DNA of 64,000 nucleotides from Octopus sinensis (taxonomy: Eukaryota), in the NCBI RefSeq assembly GCF_006345805.1, contig NC_043015.1, forward strand, positions 37,634,001-37,698,000. Direction: 5' to 3'. The position numbers and the translations under genes were made by a program. Under the pieces are notes generated by a model. It saw only the letters and a program-made list of their open reading frames with translations, was not told where the DNA came from and did no database searches. Every line of letters begins with the position of its first letter. Position 1 is the first letter of the stretch. Of the stretch, positions 1-12,922 are shown one piece after another.

Positions 1-1012
1 CTTAATACAGATTAGCGACAATATATCAGCACACTCTTTCGTACTTATAATAGGTATCTTCCGTTATATAGCAAAAACAAAATTCCAGTTTATCGAATCC
101 ACCTTATAGAGTAGAGGAGGTCTATTGCCATCATACAAAGTAGAGACGACATAAGTCTACGCTGTATTAAACAGATAATGTAAATCTACGTTATATAACA
201 TTAGTATAACCTCAATTTACATATTGTAAGTTATAGCGTAGAGGCAATAATTTAGATCGACAGAGCGTAGTGACAATATAATTCTATGCTTTATCGTAGA
301 CATTAAAGAACTGCAGTTGATAGAGAAGGGGTAATATATTTCCACGGAAACAGTGTAGAAATGATATAACTCCAAGTTGTATAGTGTAGCGCAAATATAT
401 TCACAGAAAAGAATGTCTATTTTCTCCAGTTACCGTAATTATGTAAATAATAAATTATAACTTATTGATTTCGTATTTCTTTACATTCTCCATAAATGTC
501 AGTTTGTTTAGTAAAAGGATTTCTGCTGCAAATTTTCTACACTCGCCATAATTACAATTATGCTTTTTTTTTTATATTTACATATATATTTATTTCCCAT
601 CAATTTGTTGGTGTTGTTGTTGTTGCTGGTGGTGGTGGTGGTGGTGGTGTGGTGGTGGTGGTGATATGATGATGCTGCTGGTTGTCATTGAGTTTCTTGC
701 ACTTGCTTTCTTCGCGTTCTTTGTATGATTTGGTTGCATTTCACTGTGGAACTTATTCAACCAACTTTTGTTTCCAACCGAAACCAATTCTATCGCAAAC
801 GCATTCCCGCACTCACGATAACCACTCACATACACCCGAATACGCACAAGACGTACGCCATAAACAAGACACACACACATAAACAAATATAAAGTGATTT
901 GCATGAGGGAATATGTAAATACACATAACGAGCCAGACATTTATACATACATACATACAGTTCTGTATATATATTTATATATGTATACATGCATATATAT
1001 ATATATATATAT

Positions 1013-1089
<77 letters not shown>

Positions 1090-1109
1090 AAGTTAATCCA
1101 AACAGGAAA

Positions 1110-1295
1110 ACACAAAAAAACACAACAACGCGAGGACGTGGAACCAATAAAGTATTATTGGACGCTCAGGAAAGAAGGAAAGAAGGAGGGTTTAACGTTT
1201 CGAGCGGAGCTCTTCGTCGGAAACATAGGAGAAGGAAAGATCCCGAGAAGGGAAGACAGAGGGAAAAAAATCGGCAGCGGTACTCACGTAGTCAC
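1110..1295 (-). mobile_element. Short non-autonomous PLE-type terminal repeat (pLTR-like) carrying a hammerhead motif
   Basis: On the minus strand a pyrimidine-rich leader is followed by an HHR motif (1190-1224) and a CCTGAGCGT..AATACT..TTGTTGT tail that ends in (TA)n. The layout matches the element at 60616-60880. Confidence 0.6.
1190..1224 (-). ncRNA. Minimal type I hammerhead ribozyme motif (U4C core variant)
   Basis: Minus strand reads GTTT-CCGACGA-A-GAGC(TCC)GCTC-GAAAC-GT-T-AAAC. Helix I is GTTT/AAAC, helix II GAGC/GCTC, helix III the palindrome ACGT, and the cleavage triplet GUU. Confidence 0.65.
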
Positions 1296-1658
1296 ATATT
1301 GAAAGACCGGAAGTAGAAAGGTGGAAGAATAATGTTTTTTAAAGACAGGAGAGTTTTCAAAGACAGTAGGTAGTATGCCAAAGACAAGGAAAGTGAGAGG
1401 GGGAATGTGTGTGGATGTGTGCGTGCGCGGATGTCTGCGTGTGCGCGTGTGTGTGTATGTGTGCAATGATGACACGTGTGTGTGTGTATGTGTGTAGGGC
1501 GAACAACTGGATAGCAGCTGGCCAGTAGTAAGAATAAGGAGTGGTGTTTTTTGTGTCCAGCCACAGGTCAAAACAAAGAGGTATATGTGTGTGTGTGTGT
1601 GTTTTATTTCTAGTGTGTGTGTGTGTTTTGTTTGTAGTGTGTGTGTGTGTTTTGTTTG

Positions 1659-1703
<45 letters not shown>

Positions 1704-1708
1704 TATAT

Positions 1709-1813
1709 ATCTGCTTTATTAATACAGCTGCGAAAACATCACGAAAACTGTTACACAGAGTTTCACGTTCCCGTCCGACGAACGGGTACGTGAAGCTCTG
1801 AGTAACAGTTTTT
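1709..1813. mobile_element. Apex-deleted copy of the 3432-3605 palindromic HHR element
   Basis: CAGAGTTTCACGTTCCCGT|CCGACGAACGGGTACGTGAAGCTCTGAGTAACAG aligns to both arms of 3432-3605 with the central 37 bp missing. Confidence 0.75.
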
Positions 1814-2672
1814 TAAGCTTTTAGATGTGTATTGATATAAATGAATGTCATAAAACACACAGACCGCACGCAGGTCAAGGCTGTTATAATCATTTGAGTC
1901 CCAAAAAAAAAAACGTCAAAAATTATCAGATTTCAAGCGCAGAGCTGTTAGAAATAGTTGAATAAATATCGGTTCGTAAAGACCGGTGGATTTCTTTGGT
2001 GGAAGTTGAAACTCCAGCAGTTGCTACAGAAGCGGGCAATTAAAACAAAAGGGAAGTCGCACTTACCGTTTTTTTTTTTTGTTGTGTTGTTGTTTACTGT
2101 TTATGTTGTTTGTAATAGGAATAAACCCTTAAAGGGTGATCGGGTGACAGAGGGGAAAGAGAGAGGAAGACAGAATGATACTTCATTCTGGCTGTCATTC
2201 CAGCAGCAAACACGGAGAATAGCAGAATGACACAAGTCATTCTAAAGTGAGCCAGTGAAAGAGTAAAGCATTGTTCGTTTGCCAGGTCATCTCTTCACAA
2301 ACTCCTTTCACAAAACTAACTTTGGCTTACAAATTCTCTATATTTATAATGATCGCAACAAAGCGAGAAAGAGAGACATATTGCTCTCAGAAAATCGGAA
2401 CAGCTATAGGGTTCTCCTTTATCTCTTGATTGTATAGAAGGAGTTAAAAGGGTCAAGTGGAGAATACATAAATCGGTTCGGCATAGGCTATGTGCTGAGT
2501 GTCTCAGCTGTCAATCGTAGTCTCTCCGTGAGAAAGTGCTGTCGTACGTTAAAAAGGGAATTCTGTAGATCCAAGTTCAAATCAATATGACTAAATGAAA
2601 ATCCACATTTTTCTTTCCAAAACATTTTTCATAAGAATATGTGTGTGTATGTGTGTGTGCATGTGTATATAC

Positions 2673-2703
<31 letters not shown>

Positions 2704-3221
2704 CGTATGTACGTATGTACGTATGTATGTATTTATGTATGTATGTATGTATGTGTATATATATGTATTGAAATATATAAAAAGGAAATAACAAATAATT
2801 CTTTTGGACAGGGATCTATGATTTTTAAGAATGTGTCATCTCTTAACCGCGCTCATCTTAGTTTCAATTCTTCCCCTAAGCTTGCATGATACTTTCTCAT
2901 TAGACTTCTGATCTGTCTCATTATTCCGTTCTTCGTTATCATATATTTTATTTCATAAGTTTTGCATCAATAAATCATATGCATGCTTGCGTATGAGTGT
3001 GTATTTATGTGTGTATCTGTATGGTTGCGCGTGTTTATTGTTTCCGGTATTTATTCTATTCAAGTAATCGCATATCTGCAGGGAATTCTTAAACTGGCGA
3101 ACGAATTTTGTACTTTATGTTGTTGTTGTTGTTCCTTTCTTTCACTAGAAATATCATGAGCAACATGAAAATATGCACATGCCTAATTCGTCTGTGTAAA
3201 TATATATACATACATGCATGC

Positions 3222-3261
<40 letters not shown>

Positions 3262-3465
3262 AAGAATTACGGAATGGAGTATGGAAAATGCAGGGTACAT
3301 ACGTTCTACAACGAGTGGATATATATATATATGTGTGTGTGTATAAATATATATTTATTTATTTACCGGAATAAGCACGTAAATGTGAAACAAGGTGGAA
3401 AAAAGAGTACTCAAGTACGAGAGGTAGAGTAATATGCTATATTTAAAAGCAGCAGAAAAATCACA

Positions 3466-3511
3466 AAAACTGTAACTCAGAGTTTCACGTTCCCGTTCGT
3501 CGGACAGTTTT
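3466..3511 (-). ncRNA. Hammerhead ribozyme motif (left arm)
   Basis: Minus strand reads AAAACTGT-CCGACGA-ACG(GGAA)CGT-GAAAC-TCTGAGT-T-ACAGTTTT. Helix I has 8 bp, helix III is the near-palindrome ACTC(T)GAGT, and the triplet is GUU. Confidence 0.65.
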
Positions 3512-3524
3512 GTTAGATTCTAAC

Positions 3525-3571
3525 AAAAGCTGTCCGACGAACGGGAACGTGAAACTCTGAGTAACAGTTTT
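3525..3571 (+). ncRNA. Hammerhead ribozyme motif (right arm)
   Basis: AAAAG-CTGT-CCGACGA-ACG(GGAA)CGT-GAAAC-TCTGAGT-A-ACAGTTTT, with triplet GUA. Confidence 0.65.
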
Positions 3572-3601
3572 TGTGATTTTTCTGCTGCTTTTAAATAAAG
3601 C

Positions 3602-3643
<42 letters not shown>

Positions 3644-4157
3644 GCATATACATATATAGGAACTTTCAGTAGATATTCATAGACATATAAAGATGGAAAG
3701 AGTGAATGAGAGTGAGGAGGGAGAGAGAGAGAGAGAGAAGTGGATGATAGTTCTTCTTAAAGCGATTTTCATTTCAGATAAATGTCTGAAAATGAAATTA
3801 TTGCATCGTAAGAAAGACAAGGTAGACATTTACATTACACATATAACGTTACAATAATTTTCGTTTTATTTCGTCGTATGATACAACAGAGCCTATGAAA
3901 ACGTTTGGTGGACGTTGTATATATATAAATTAGTCTCATTGAATACCCTGGTATACTGATACGGTAAGTAATACCTAAGCAGTTGGTCGTTTTATAAGTA
4001 AAATTTCGTGAAATACAACAGCATCAAGATAAGCTAAAATAATATTATAACAGTAAAACCACAAAACCGAATATAAATTAGCTTCTGCGATTTTCTTTCC
4101 TATATACCGCTTCAACGATGTGCAGACATGTTTGGGTGGTTAATATATTCACTTCGT

Positions 4158-4470
4158 AAGGCGGCGAGCTGGCGGAAACGTTAGCACGCCGGGCGAAATG
4201 CTTAGCGGTATTTCGTCTGCCGTTACGTTCTGAGTTCAAATTCCGCTGAGGTCGACTTTGCATTGTATCCGTTCGGGGCCGATTAAATAAGTACCAGTTA
4301 CGCACTGATGTCGATATAATCGAATCGACTTAATCCGTTTGTCTGTCCTTGTTTGTTCCCTCTGTGTTTAGCCCCTTCGGGGTACTAAAGAAATAGGTAT
4401 TTCGTCTGCCGGTACGTCCTTAATTCAAATTCCGCCGAGGTCGACTTTGCCTTTCATCCTTTCGGGGTCG
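4158..4470 (+). mobile_element. tRNA-derived SINE (full copy 4158-4395) plus tandem partial copy (4396-4470)
   Basis: A-box-like AGCTGGCGGAAAC and B-box GAGTTCAAATTCC are present. The central GTCGACTTTGCCTTTCATCCTTTCGGGGTCG block resembles a MetaSINE-type domain (inference). The tail is A-rich. Confidence 0.8.
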
Positions 4471-5501
4471 CAGATTTTGAGGCTTCACATCAGTCAAACA
4501 CGGTCAACGTATTAACGTCTCTCTGGATAATGGAGAAACATGATATAGTGTTTAACACCAAGTTCTGCGACAAGATACTTTCCCCAGTGGTAGCCAGGAG
4601 GATTTAACCATCACATTCATATAACCATCCCCGAAATAAGTCTGTGTGTATGTGTGTGTACATGTATGTGTGCGTGTGTGGTTGAGAACCAAACTACTCA
4701 CTAAACAGTACAGCCACTCCTACGCCCATACACATATACATATATACATATACACACACATACACACAAATACACATACATACACCCCCCACACACACGA
4801 ACACAGACACATTTATGTATGCAGTTAAGTATATGTTCGGTCATAGAGTGACCAGTGGCATCGTATCCATAAGGCTCTTAGCGCTATGAACGACGAGTCG
4901 GACTTCAATGTCGGAGGAGTTAGACGAGTCGTCCATTGGACCAAACCTCTTGTGGATGCGAAACCATTGACCAAACTATGATCGAACATGGACTGCAAAG
5001 AAATACATTTACCTCTCTGTGCTATAAGAGCCTGCTTCTTGTTCGGATATATGATCCGATGACAATAATTCTCACTTCACCACGTTCGGAATTATTGTTT
5101 CCTATCCTATTCTCTATGTTGACTTAGGTTCTTTAACCCTCGGCAAAGGAGAAATGAGTCACTGATCAAGATTAACCAAATCTGAAATCACCGATAACAT
5201 GATTCCACATTGCTTGCTGTAGGGAACTCATCTTTATTGTCAGTCGTTAGATAAGTGCTTGCACGTGACTAAGAGTTGTTTTGACCCTTCTTTCTAGCAA
5301 TGCTGTGCGTATATATTTATATACGTAGACGCTCGATACAGCAATGTTGAGCAAAAGTGAACTTCGTAGGCTGTTCCTTATTTAAGAACATAAATATGCT
5401 TCTATATTAAAAGCATTAACTGACTTTCGAATTTAGTATTTCAATGATTTTATACATAATTTTTTCCTAAAGATATACCATAATATATATACATAGACAA
5501 A

Positions 5502-5587
5502 ATAGATAGATAGATAGGATAGTAGTAGATAGGATAGATAGATAGATAGACAGATAGACAGACAGACCAGACAGACTACAGATAGAT

Positions 5588-5641
<54 letters not shown>

Positions 5642-5650
5642 CGACAGTAC

Positions 5651-5702
<52 letters not shown>

Positions 5703-5719
5703 GATAGATAGATAGACAG

Positions 5720-5771
<52 letters not shown>

Positions 5772-5813
5772 GAGACAGACAGACAGACAGGACAGACAGA
5801 CAGGCAGACAGAC

Positions 5814-5872
<59 letters not shown>

Positions 5873-5918
5873 CAGAGAGACAGACAGATAGATAGATGGG
5901 TATAGATAGATAGATAGA
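5502..5918. repeat. (GATA)n/(GACA)n microsatellite
   Basis: Direct inspection. It is the source of the YLSI-repeat ORFs. Confidence 0.95.
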
Positions 5919-6909
5919 TGTAATATTAATAAATGAGTGTACAGACACACACACACGCACACAGACGCATGCTTTTAGCTTACGTGTGAATGGATGCAAA
6001 TGGAATGGTAGTTTGAGGCGGTTATCTTCTTTCACCTGTGACGTCTTTCTCCCATATTCCGCTATTTAAAATAACAATAAAACTGTCTTTCTAGCAAATG
6101 TGTCTACCACAGATTGAACGTACGAGCGAGAGAAGGTGGCGGTGACGAACAGGGTGGCGTATAATCATCTGTTGCTGCCTGTGCTGATAAAGAAACACAT
6201 TAGATTTACACAAAAATAATCTCAATAAAACAAACACATGCACGTGGATATGTGTGAGTACAAGTCTGATATTCGTATATGATAATGATATGAATATAAA
6301 ATATACAGTTCAGTGATGGGTGTGTATGCGTAAATTTGTGGTATAGATTAATGCATACATAGATATGTGTATGGCCATAAATATGTACTTTTTATGTGTT
6401 TGGATTTATGTATAACATGCATATAGATTTTGCCCCGTCTTCAGCACATTTAGTTCCATAGTAATCATCGTATTTTGAAAAACTGCTTAGCATGTATGTG
6501 CATACATATATTCACAAACACACACACGAAAATGTATGTATGTGTATATATAGATGTGTGTTTGTAGTTTATATATATATATATATATATAATATATATA
6601 TATATATATTATATATATATACATATATATTGTATGTATGTTTATATATATATAATATATATATGTAATACGTATATATATATATAAATATATGTATATG
6701 TATATAGTATATATAATGTATGGTACATATATATATATATATAATAATATATCTATATATAATATATATTATGAATATATGTGCACACATTACATATATA
6801 TCTACATATACATACACATGCATGCATACATACACGCATGCACATGCATTCAAATATTACACACATACACTCACATGCATACATACATACAAGCATACAC
6901 ACATACACA

Positions 6910-7182
6910 CATATGCATACATACATACATACATACATACATACATACATACGTACATACATACATACATGCATACATACATAAACACATACATACATAC
7001 ATACATACATACATACATACATGCATACATACATAAACACATACATACATACATACATACATACATACATACATACATACATACATACATACATACATAC
7101 ATACATACATACATACGTACATACATACGTACATACATACATACGTACATACATACGTACGTACATACATACATACATACAT
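6910..7182. repeat. (TACA)n microsatellite
   Basis: Direct inspection. It is the source of the HTYI/MYVC ORFs. Confidence 0.95.
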
Positions 7183-8246
7183 AAATTCACATTTGAGAGA
7201 TTGCGACAGAAGACAGAAATGGAAAGGAAGATTTTTTTTTTCGTAGCATTGCTTGTATCTAATTCATTGCGAACAGCAAGACAAGCAATCTCTGAGGCAA
7301 TCATTGGCACCAGAAATGCTACACACAAAACAGGCTTCCATAGAAATGGTAATGAATGTTTCAAGACAGAATTTTTTGCCTTGAGGAATAAATGTCAATT
7401 TATGAGAGATGAAGAATACAACTTGCCAACGCACAGCCTCCGCTTGCTTTTACAAATTCATGGCTTTCCTATATGGAAATATTCTCTCTAGTTTATTTAG
7501 GTATTTGGAATTTATTTGTGGGGTTTATTTTGGGTTTGTTGCTTGTTACTTTTTTTGCTTTATTTTCTTACAGTTTGTGACGTTTGTTTTTTAAAATTTT
7601 GTATTTGTGCATTTATTTGTTTAAGGTTATTCTTATTGATATTCGTAATACTATCGTTATCATTATGAAATGTCATCGTCGCCATCATCGTCGTCGTCGT
7701 CGTCGTCGTCGTCATCATCATCATCATCATCTTCATGGGGATTTTTAAATGCAAGTATTAATTACATCTAGGATAACACGCATGAATTTATCCATAACAT
7801 TATAACTAGTATTATTTATTACTATTGTTATTATTATTTATTATTTTATTATTATTATTATTATTATTCAATATTATTGTTATTTTTATTATTCTTGTTA
7901 AATCGCAGAGGTTCCGGAAGTGTTAGCACCACGGATAACATGTTTCGCATGTTACAAAAAGCAAACAGCAAATGATAGAACAAACGAACCAAGACCGAAC
8001 CGAAGTGTACTTTCACTTCCGTGAATTTTTCACAGGTCCACCTGGTTATTATTATTGTTGTTGTTGTTATTGTTTTTATTTACTTTTCATCTGCATGTTT
8101 CTTAGAATCCCTCGCCGAGACACACCCAGCATCCTAGGGCGAGTGACGGATCAGAGGTATTACAGTTGGACTGAAATCTGGGAGAGGGGAAGAGGCAGAA
8201 GCAGTAGCGAAATATGTAATACAACCCAGACATTTAAAATGATATG

Positions 8247-8442
8247 GTTATTATTATTATTACTATCATTATTATTATTATTGCTGTTATCGTTGCTGCT
8301 GCTGCTGTTGTTGTTGTTATTATTATTATTATCATTATTATTATCATTATTATGATTATTATCATTATTATTAATATTATTATTATTATTATTATTATTA
8401 TCATCATCATCATCATCATCATCATTATTATTATTATTATTA

Positions 8443-8479
<37 letters not shown>

Positions 8480-8538
8480 TATTATTATTATTATTATCAT
8501 CATCATCATCATCATTATCGTCATCATTATTATTATTA
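8247..8538. repeat. (ATT)n/(ATC)n microsatellite
   Basis: Direct inspection. It is the source of the poly-I/poly-N ORFs. Confidence 0.95.
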
Positions 8539-8675
8539 GACACTCAATAGATTAAACTGTTGGAAAAGCAAAGAATCCTAACATCGGATTGCAACAAGTA
8601 GCTTTAGATGCCAAGAACGCCCCTATTGGGTTAGAGCAAGTAACCTTTGCTGTCGATAATCCTCCTAAGTATCCC

Positions 8676-9007
8676 TTTATTACCTCCGCCTTAGTGAAAG
8701 GGGAGGTATTGTTTTTCAGTAGTGTTTGTTTGTTAGTCTTTGGACAAGATATCTCAAGAACCGCTCGATGGATTTGGATGGAACTTTCAGGGTTGTTTGG
8801 CCACGTGACTAGCACGTATCGGGATTATTTTTCCTGTTTTGTTTCCTTAATTTCTGAGAGCGGACGGATTCATTTTTAGTATTCTCGTTTGTGAGAGCAG
8901 TCGAGGATATTTCAGATATTCTCATTTAAAAATTCATCTCTGTCTAATCGTTGAGAGGGCGTTGGTGTTGCCCTTGCGCAGGTTTGAGCTATCTGAGTGC
9001 TCTTGTT
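8676..9007 (+). mobile_element. Helentron-associated (HINE/DINE-like) non-autonomous element
   Basis: The 5' end TTTATTACCTCCGCC...GGGGAGGT forms a hairpin/subTIR, followed by a GTTTGTTTGTT tract and GATGGATTTGGATGGAACTTTCAGG. The 3' end has subTIR GCGCAGGT, then a GAGC..GCTC hairpin and a T-rich end. Confidence 0.6.
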
Positions 9008-9051
9008 ATCATTATTATTATTATTATTGTTTTTTGCTTTTTTTCTTCTTC

Positions 9052-9418
9052 TTTCAAATTTGCTTCCATTTCTTGCCGAGCGTCTTCCCGACTCCTAGGG
9101 CAAAGAAACTCATAGTATACATTGGTAGGCCATTAAACCAAACTCAATCGTTCGTTCATTTTTTTTTTTTTTTTAAGGTTAAATTAAAATACATGGGCAG
9201 TAACAGCTCTCACAGCGACAATGCTCTTCTCAATACGTGTGATGTACCAGTTAAGACAATCTTTTGCACTTCTTGAAGGGATGGTAAGCCAGGGATCATT
9301 CTCATATAATTTTCGGTTCCCTTCTTGATCATTCCTAGTGCTCCTACGATCAATGGTATTGTAACCGCCTTGAGATGCCACATTTTCTCAATTTCAATGA
9401 GCAGGTCTTTATATTTCC

Positions 9419-9419
<1 letters not shown>
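9052..9419 (-). mobile_element. R4/Dong-like non-LTR retrotransposon 3' end (restriction-like endonuclease C-terminus plus 3' UTR)
   Basis: Manual translation of 9419-9210 gives RKYKDLLIEIEKMWHLKAVTIPLIVGALGMIKKGTENYMRMIPGLPSLQEVQKIVLTGTSHVLRRALSL*. It is flanked by (ATT)n. Confidence 0.8.
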
Positions 9420-9495
<76 letters not shown>

Positions 9496-9497
<2 letters not shown>

Positions 9498-9998
9498 TAG
9501 TTTTATTTTTATTTTTATAGCGTGCTTTCACTTCACTACCGAGCGCAGCTCTGTGTGCCTTGGGTATGTGCTGTGATTTGTTGTGATGCTCTGATGGTTA
9601 TTGTATGGAAAGTGTTCTGCGTAGGATGTGTGCAGTGCCTAGTAGTGCAATTTTCTGTATGTTATATGTGTTTGTAAGTCCTGGTGTTTTTGTTATGTAT
9701 TTGTCTGAATATTTTTTTATCATGCCTAATGCACCTACTATGATAGGAATTGTTTTGTTTTCAGATTCCACATTCTAGTTACCTCTATTTCCAGGTCTTT
9801 GTAGTTTCTTCCTCTCATTTCTTTTAGAGACACGTTGTCATCTGCCGGTACTGATACATCATTAGAAAGCATTTTTTTTTCTTCATGGTCTCTGACAACT
9901 ATATCTGGTCTGTTGGCCTTAATTTCTCTATCTGTGTGTATCGGCATATCCCAGAGTATGGTTGCTTTCTCGTTTTCTGTGACCTTTCTGGTGTTGCC
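9496..9998 (-). mobile_element. R4/Dong-like non-LTR retrotransposon 3' end (RLE domain), second subfamily
   Basis: TILWDMPIHTDREIKANRPDIVVRD..DVSVP..YKDLEIEVTRMW..VGALG..LGTAHILRRTLSIQ* is a PD-(D/E)xK-type RLE with frameshifts. It is flanked by (ATT)n on both sides. Confidence 0.85.
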
Positions 9999-10089
9999 TT
10001 ATTATTATTATTAATAATCATCATCATTATTATTTTATTATTATTATATTATTATTATTATTATTATTATATTATCATTATCATCATCA

Positions 10090-10124
<35 letters not shown>

Positions 10125-12330
10125 ATATTATTTTTTATTATTGTTATTATTATAATTAGTTTCCTAGTTCTTAGTATTAATCTTGCTGTTGCAGTTGTTG
10201 TCGTTGTTGTTGTTGCTACTATCGTTGAAGTTTCTGTTATTGCCGATGTTGTTGTTGATGCTGCCGATAACGTCTTTGTTGCTGTTTCCGTGGAATTTCA
10301 CTAAAACCTGTTTACATTGATAAGAACCCGATTTCAAATTAAATCACTTAATGAAGGAACCACGTCAGCTATAATAATAGATACATACATTTATACCGAC
10401 ATGAACACACTCACATTCCTACATACATACATACATCCACAAATATATACATACATGCAGCCAAGCATACATACACACACATGCAAACATACCTATATGT
10501 GTGTGCATGTGTGTGTTCTGCGTGTGCGTGTATTTATATATGTGTGTGTACGCGCACGTGTGTTTATATGTGTGTATGTGTCTTTGTTCTGCGTGTGCAT
10601 GTTTATATATAGGTGCGTGTGCCCATGTTTATGTTTGTATATGTGTGTATGCGTATGCCTGTGTTCGTATGTGTATATGTGTGTGTGTATATATATATAT
10701 GTGTCTATGTGTGTGTATATATACGTGTGTATATATGTGGTTATGTGTGTGTGTTCTGCCTGTACGTGAATGTATATGTGTATATGTGTGTGTGAGTTCT
10801 ACGTGTGAGTGTATGTATATGTATGTGTGTATATATATGTGTGTGTGTGATTATGCAACGGTATAGACACGTATGGATGGTTCTGAACAGAAGTCGAAAT
10901 GGTGCTTATAGTTTTCTTGGAGTAAACACAATATGTTCAAAATACGCAAGGAAAAAATATACGAGATAACACAAGTACTTTTACTCCCTATTAAAAAATT
11001 TATACAACCGCGCATGCAAAGCATGAATATATTCACACTTATCAACAGACATATATAAAATAATACCTATACTTATATACACATGTGTGTGTATGTAGAC
11101 GAGTGTCTGTGTGTATATGGATACTTCTATATAAGTGTGTGTATATACATACATATACATATATATATATATATACTTCGCTTAGATAAAGGTATATAAG
11201 CATATACATGTGTGCATGTGTTTGGTATTTATATCTTTATACACACACCACACATACAATATATATATATATAATATATATTATTATATATATTATATAT
11301 TCTGTAGCCATATATGGTTATTGTATGTCTGCTAGCCTGTATAGGAGGATGTGTTTGTCAGTGTGTGTAAGTATGTGATTGTGTGTGGTTTTATGACAAT
11401 ATTTGTTTTGTTTATTAATGAACAATAAAACCAGACAGGTAACGTTGAGATTAAATTATCAGTAAATAAATAAATGAAATAAATAAAATAAAATTGGAGC
11501 AGAAATTGAAACCCAAGAAATAGCAAGATTTAGAGAGATTTTGCAAACAATACACAGATATACAAGAAAAGGCGAGCGCGCGTTTGTGTTTGTGTGTGTG
11601 TGTACTATATATATATGTGTGTATATGCCGGGCTTATGTACATGTTTGTGTGTATGTGGGACTATGTATATATAATATATATATATATATATATCTATAT
11701 ATATATATATATATATAATATATATATAACAATTGCAAGCGTGGAAGGTGTTTATAAGCCATTTAAGAAACACAAAAACCGTGAGATTCACTTCAACATT
11801 TAAATTTAATTTGTCAAAATATTTTCGTGACTTTGAGACCGCGACCTGTTCAATGACAAAACTTCGTGATGCATCTCTGAGATGCTGAGATGCATCTTCA
11901 GCCATAAATAGAATTTTTCAATTAAACGGACAATGCACATTCTTATACTTATTTCATTTGCCAACATTACAAAGAGGAGAGATATATAGACAGAGAGGTT
12001 AATTTCATCATTAAGAACATGATGGTAGTATGTTCATTCTCCGGCTGTAGATTGGTCTACATTTTAAAACTGATGTAATACTTACAGGGTTTAATAAAAT
12101 GAAGTAGCATGAAACAATTCTACTACACTACCTTGGATATCCTTGTTGCTTATTTTGATTATAATCACCCCATTGGGCTTATATGGACAATACCATACAA
12201 AATTCTGGTGCCTTTAACTTAAGTACCATAATCATATGAATCTAAATTTTGATGAACTTATATATATATATAAGATTTCTCTTGAATGAAACGTTCTAGT
12301 CCTGTACAAGCTCCTTCTATATAATAAATT

Positions 12331-12399
12331 AATTTTACTCTGCTATGTATTGAGTACCTACTTATTTACTGTGGTTAACCCCGAATCAACCCGGACCTA
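12331..12399. repeat. Dispersed ~66-bp repeat (second copy at 58657-58722)
   Basis: AATTTTACTCTGCTATGTATTGAGTACC..TTATTTACTGTGGTTAACCCCGAATCAACCCGGACCTA is nearly identical at both sites. Confidence 0.85.
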
Positions 12400-12400
12400 C

Positions 12401-12474
<74 letters not shown>

Positions 12475-12699
12475 TATATGTATGTATGTATATATATATA
12501 ATATATATATATATATATGTATGTATGTATATACATTCATTCTTAGAAAGCCACCCAATTATTTATATATCTGTGCATGTTGGACTGCTTTCAAATCTCT
12601 CTAAATCTTGTTATTTACGTGTTTCAATTTCTGCTACGATTTCTTCGTTATTCAGATCCTTACCTGCTACACTTGCGGGTTTTTTTTTTCTTTCAGTTT

Positions 12700-12878
12700 T
12701 AATTTTAGCGATTTCATTTGCTCAATCGCTAAGTTACGAAACGGCAAAAAAGACCAGTAATGGTTCTCAAATGGTTGGGAGCAAACGCAGACACCGAAAC
12801 ATGCATATACGCACGCACACACACTCACACATACGCATACACACAAACACACACAAGCATACACACCTACATACATAT

Positions 12879-12922
<44 letters not shown>

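Larger units (their letters stand above)
3432..3605. mobile_element. 174-bp near-perfect head-to-head palindrome of a PLE-type terminus with one HHR per arm
   Basis: Arms 3432-3516 and 3520-3605 are reverse complements with few mismatches and a 3-nt loop (ATT). The left arm continues outward to about 3365. Confidence 0.8.

Noticed and set aside
11845-11903. Minus-strand CTGAAGA followed by an 8-bp hairpin TGCATCTC/GAGATGCA
   Set aside because: GAAA is replaced by TCAC-GAAG and no compatible helix I or cleavage site exists.
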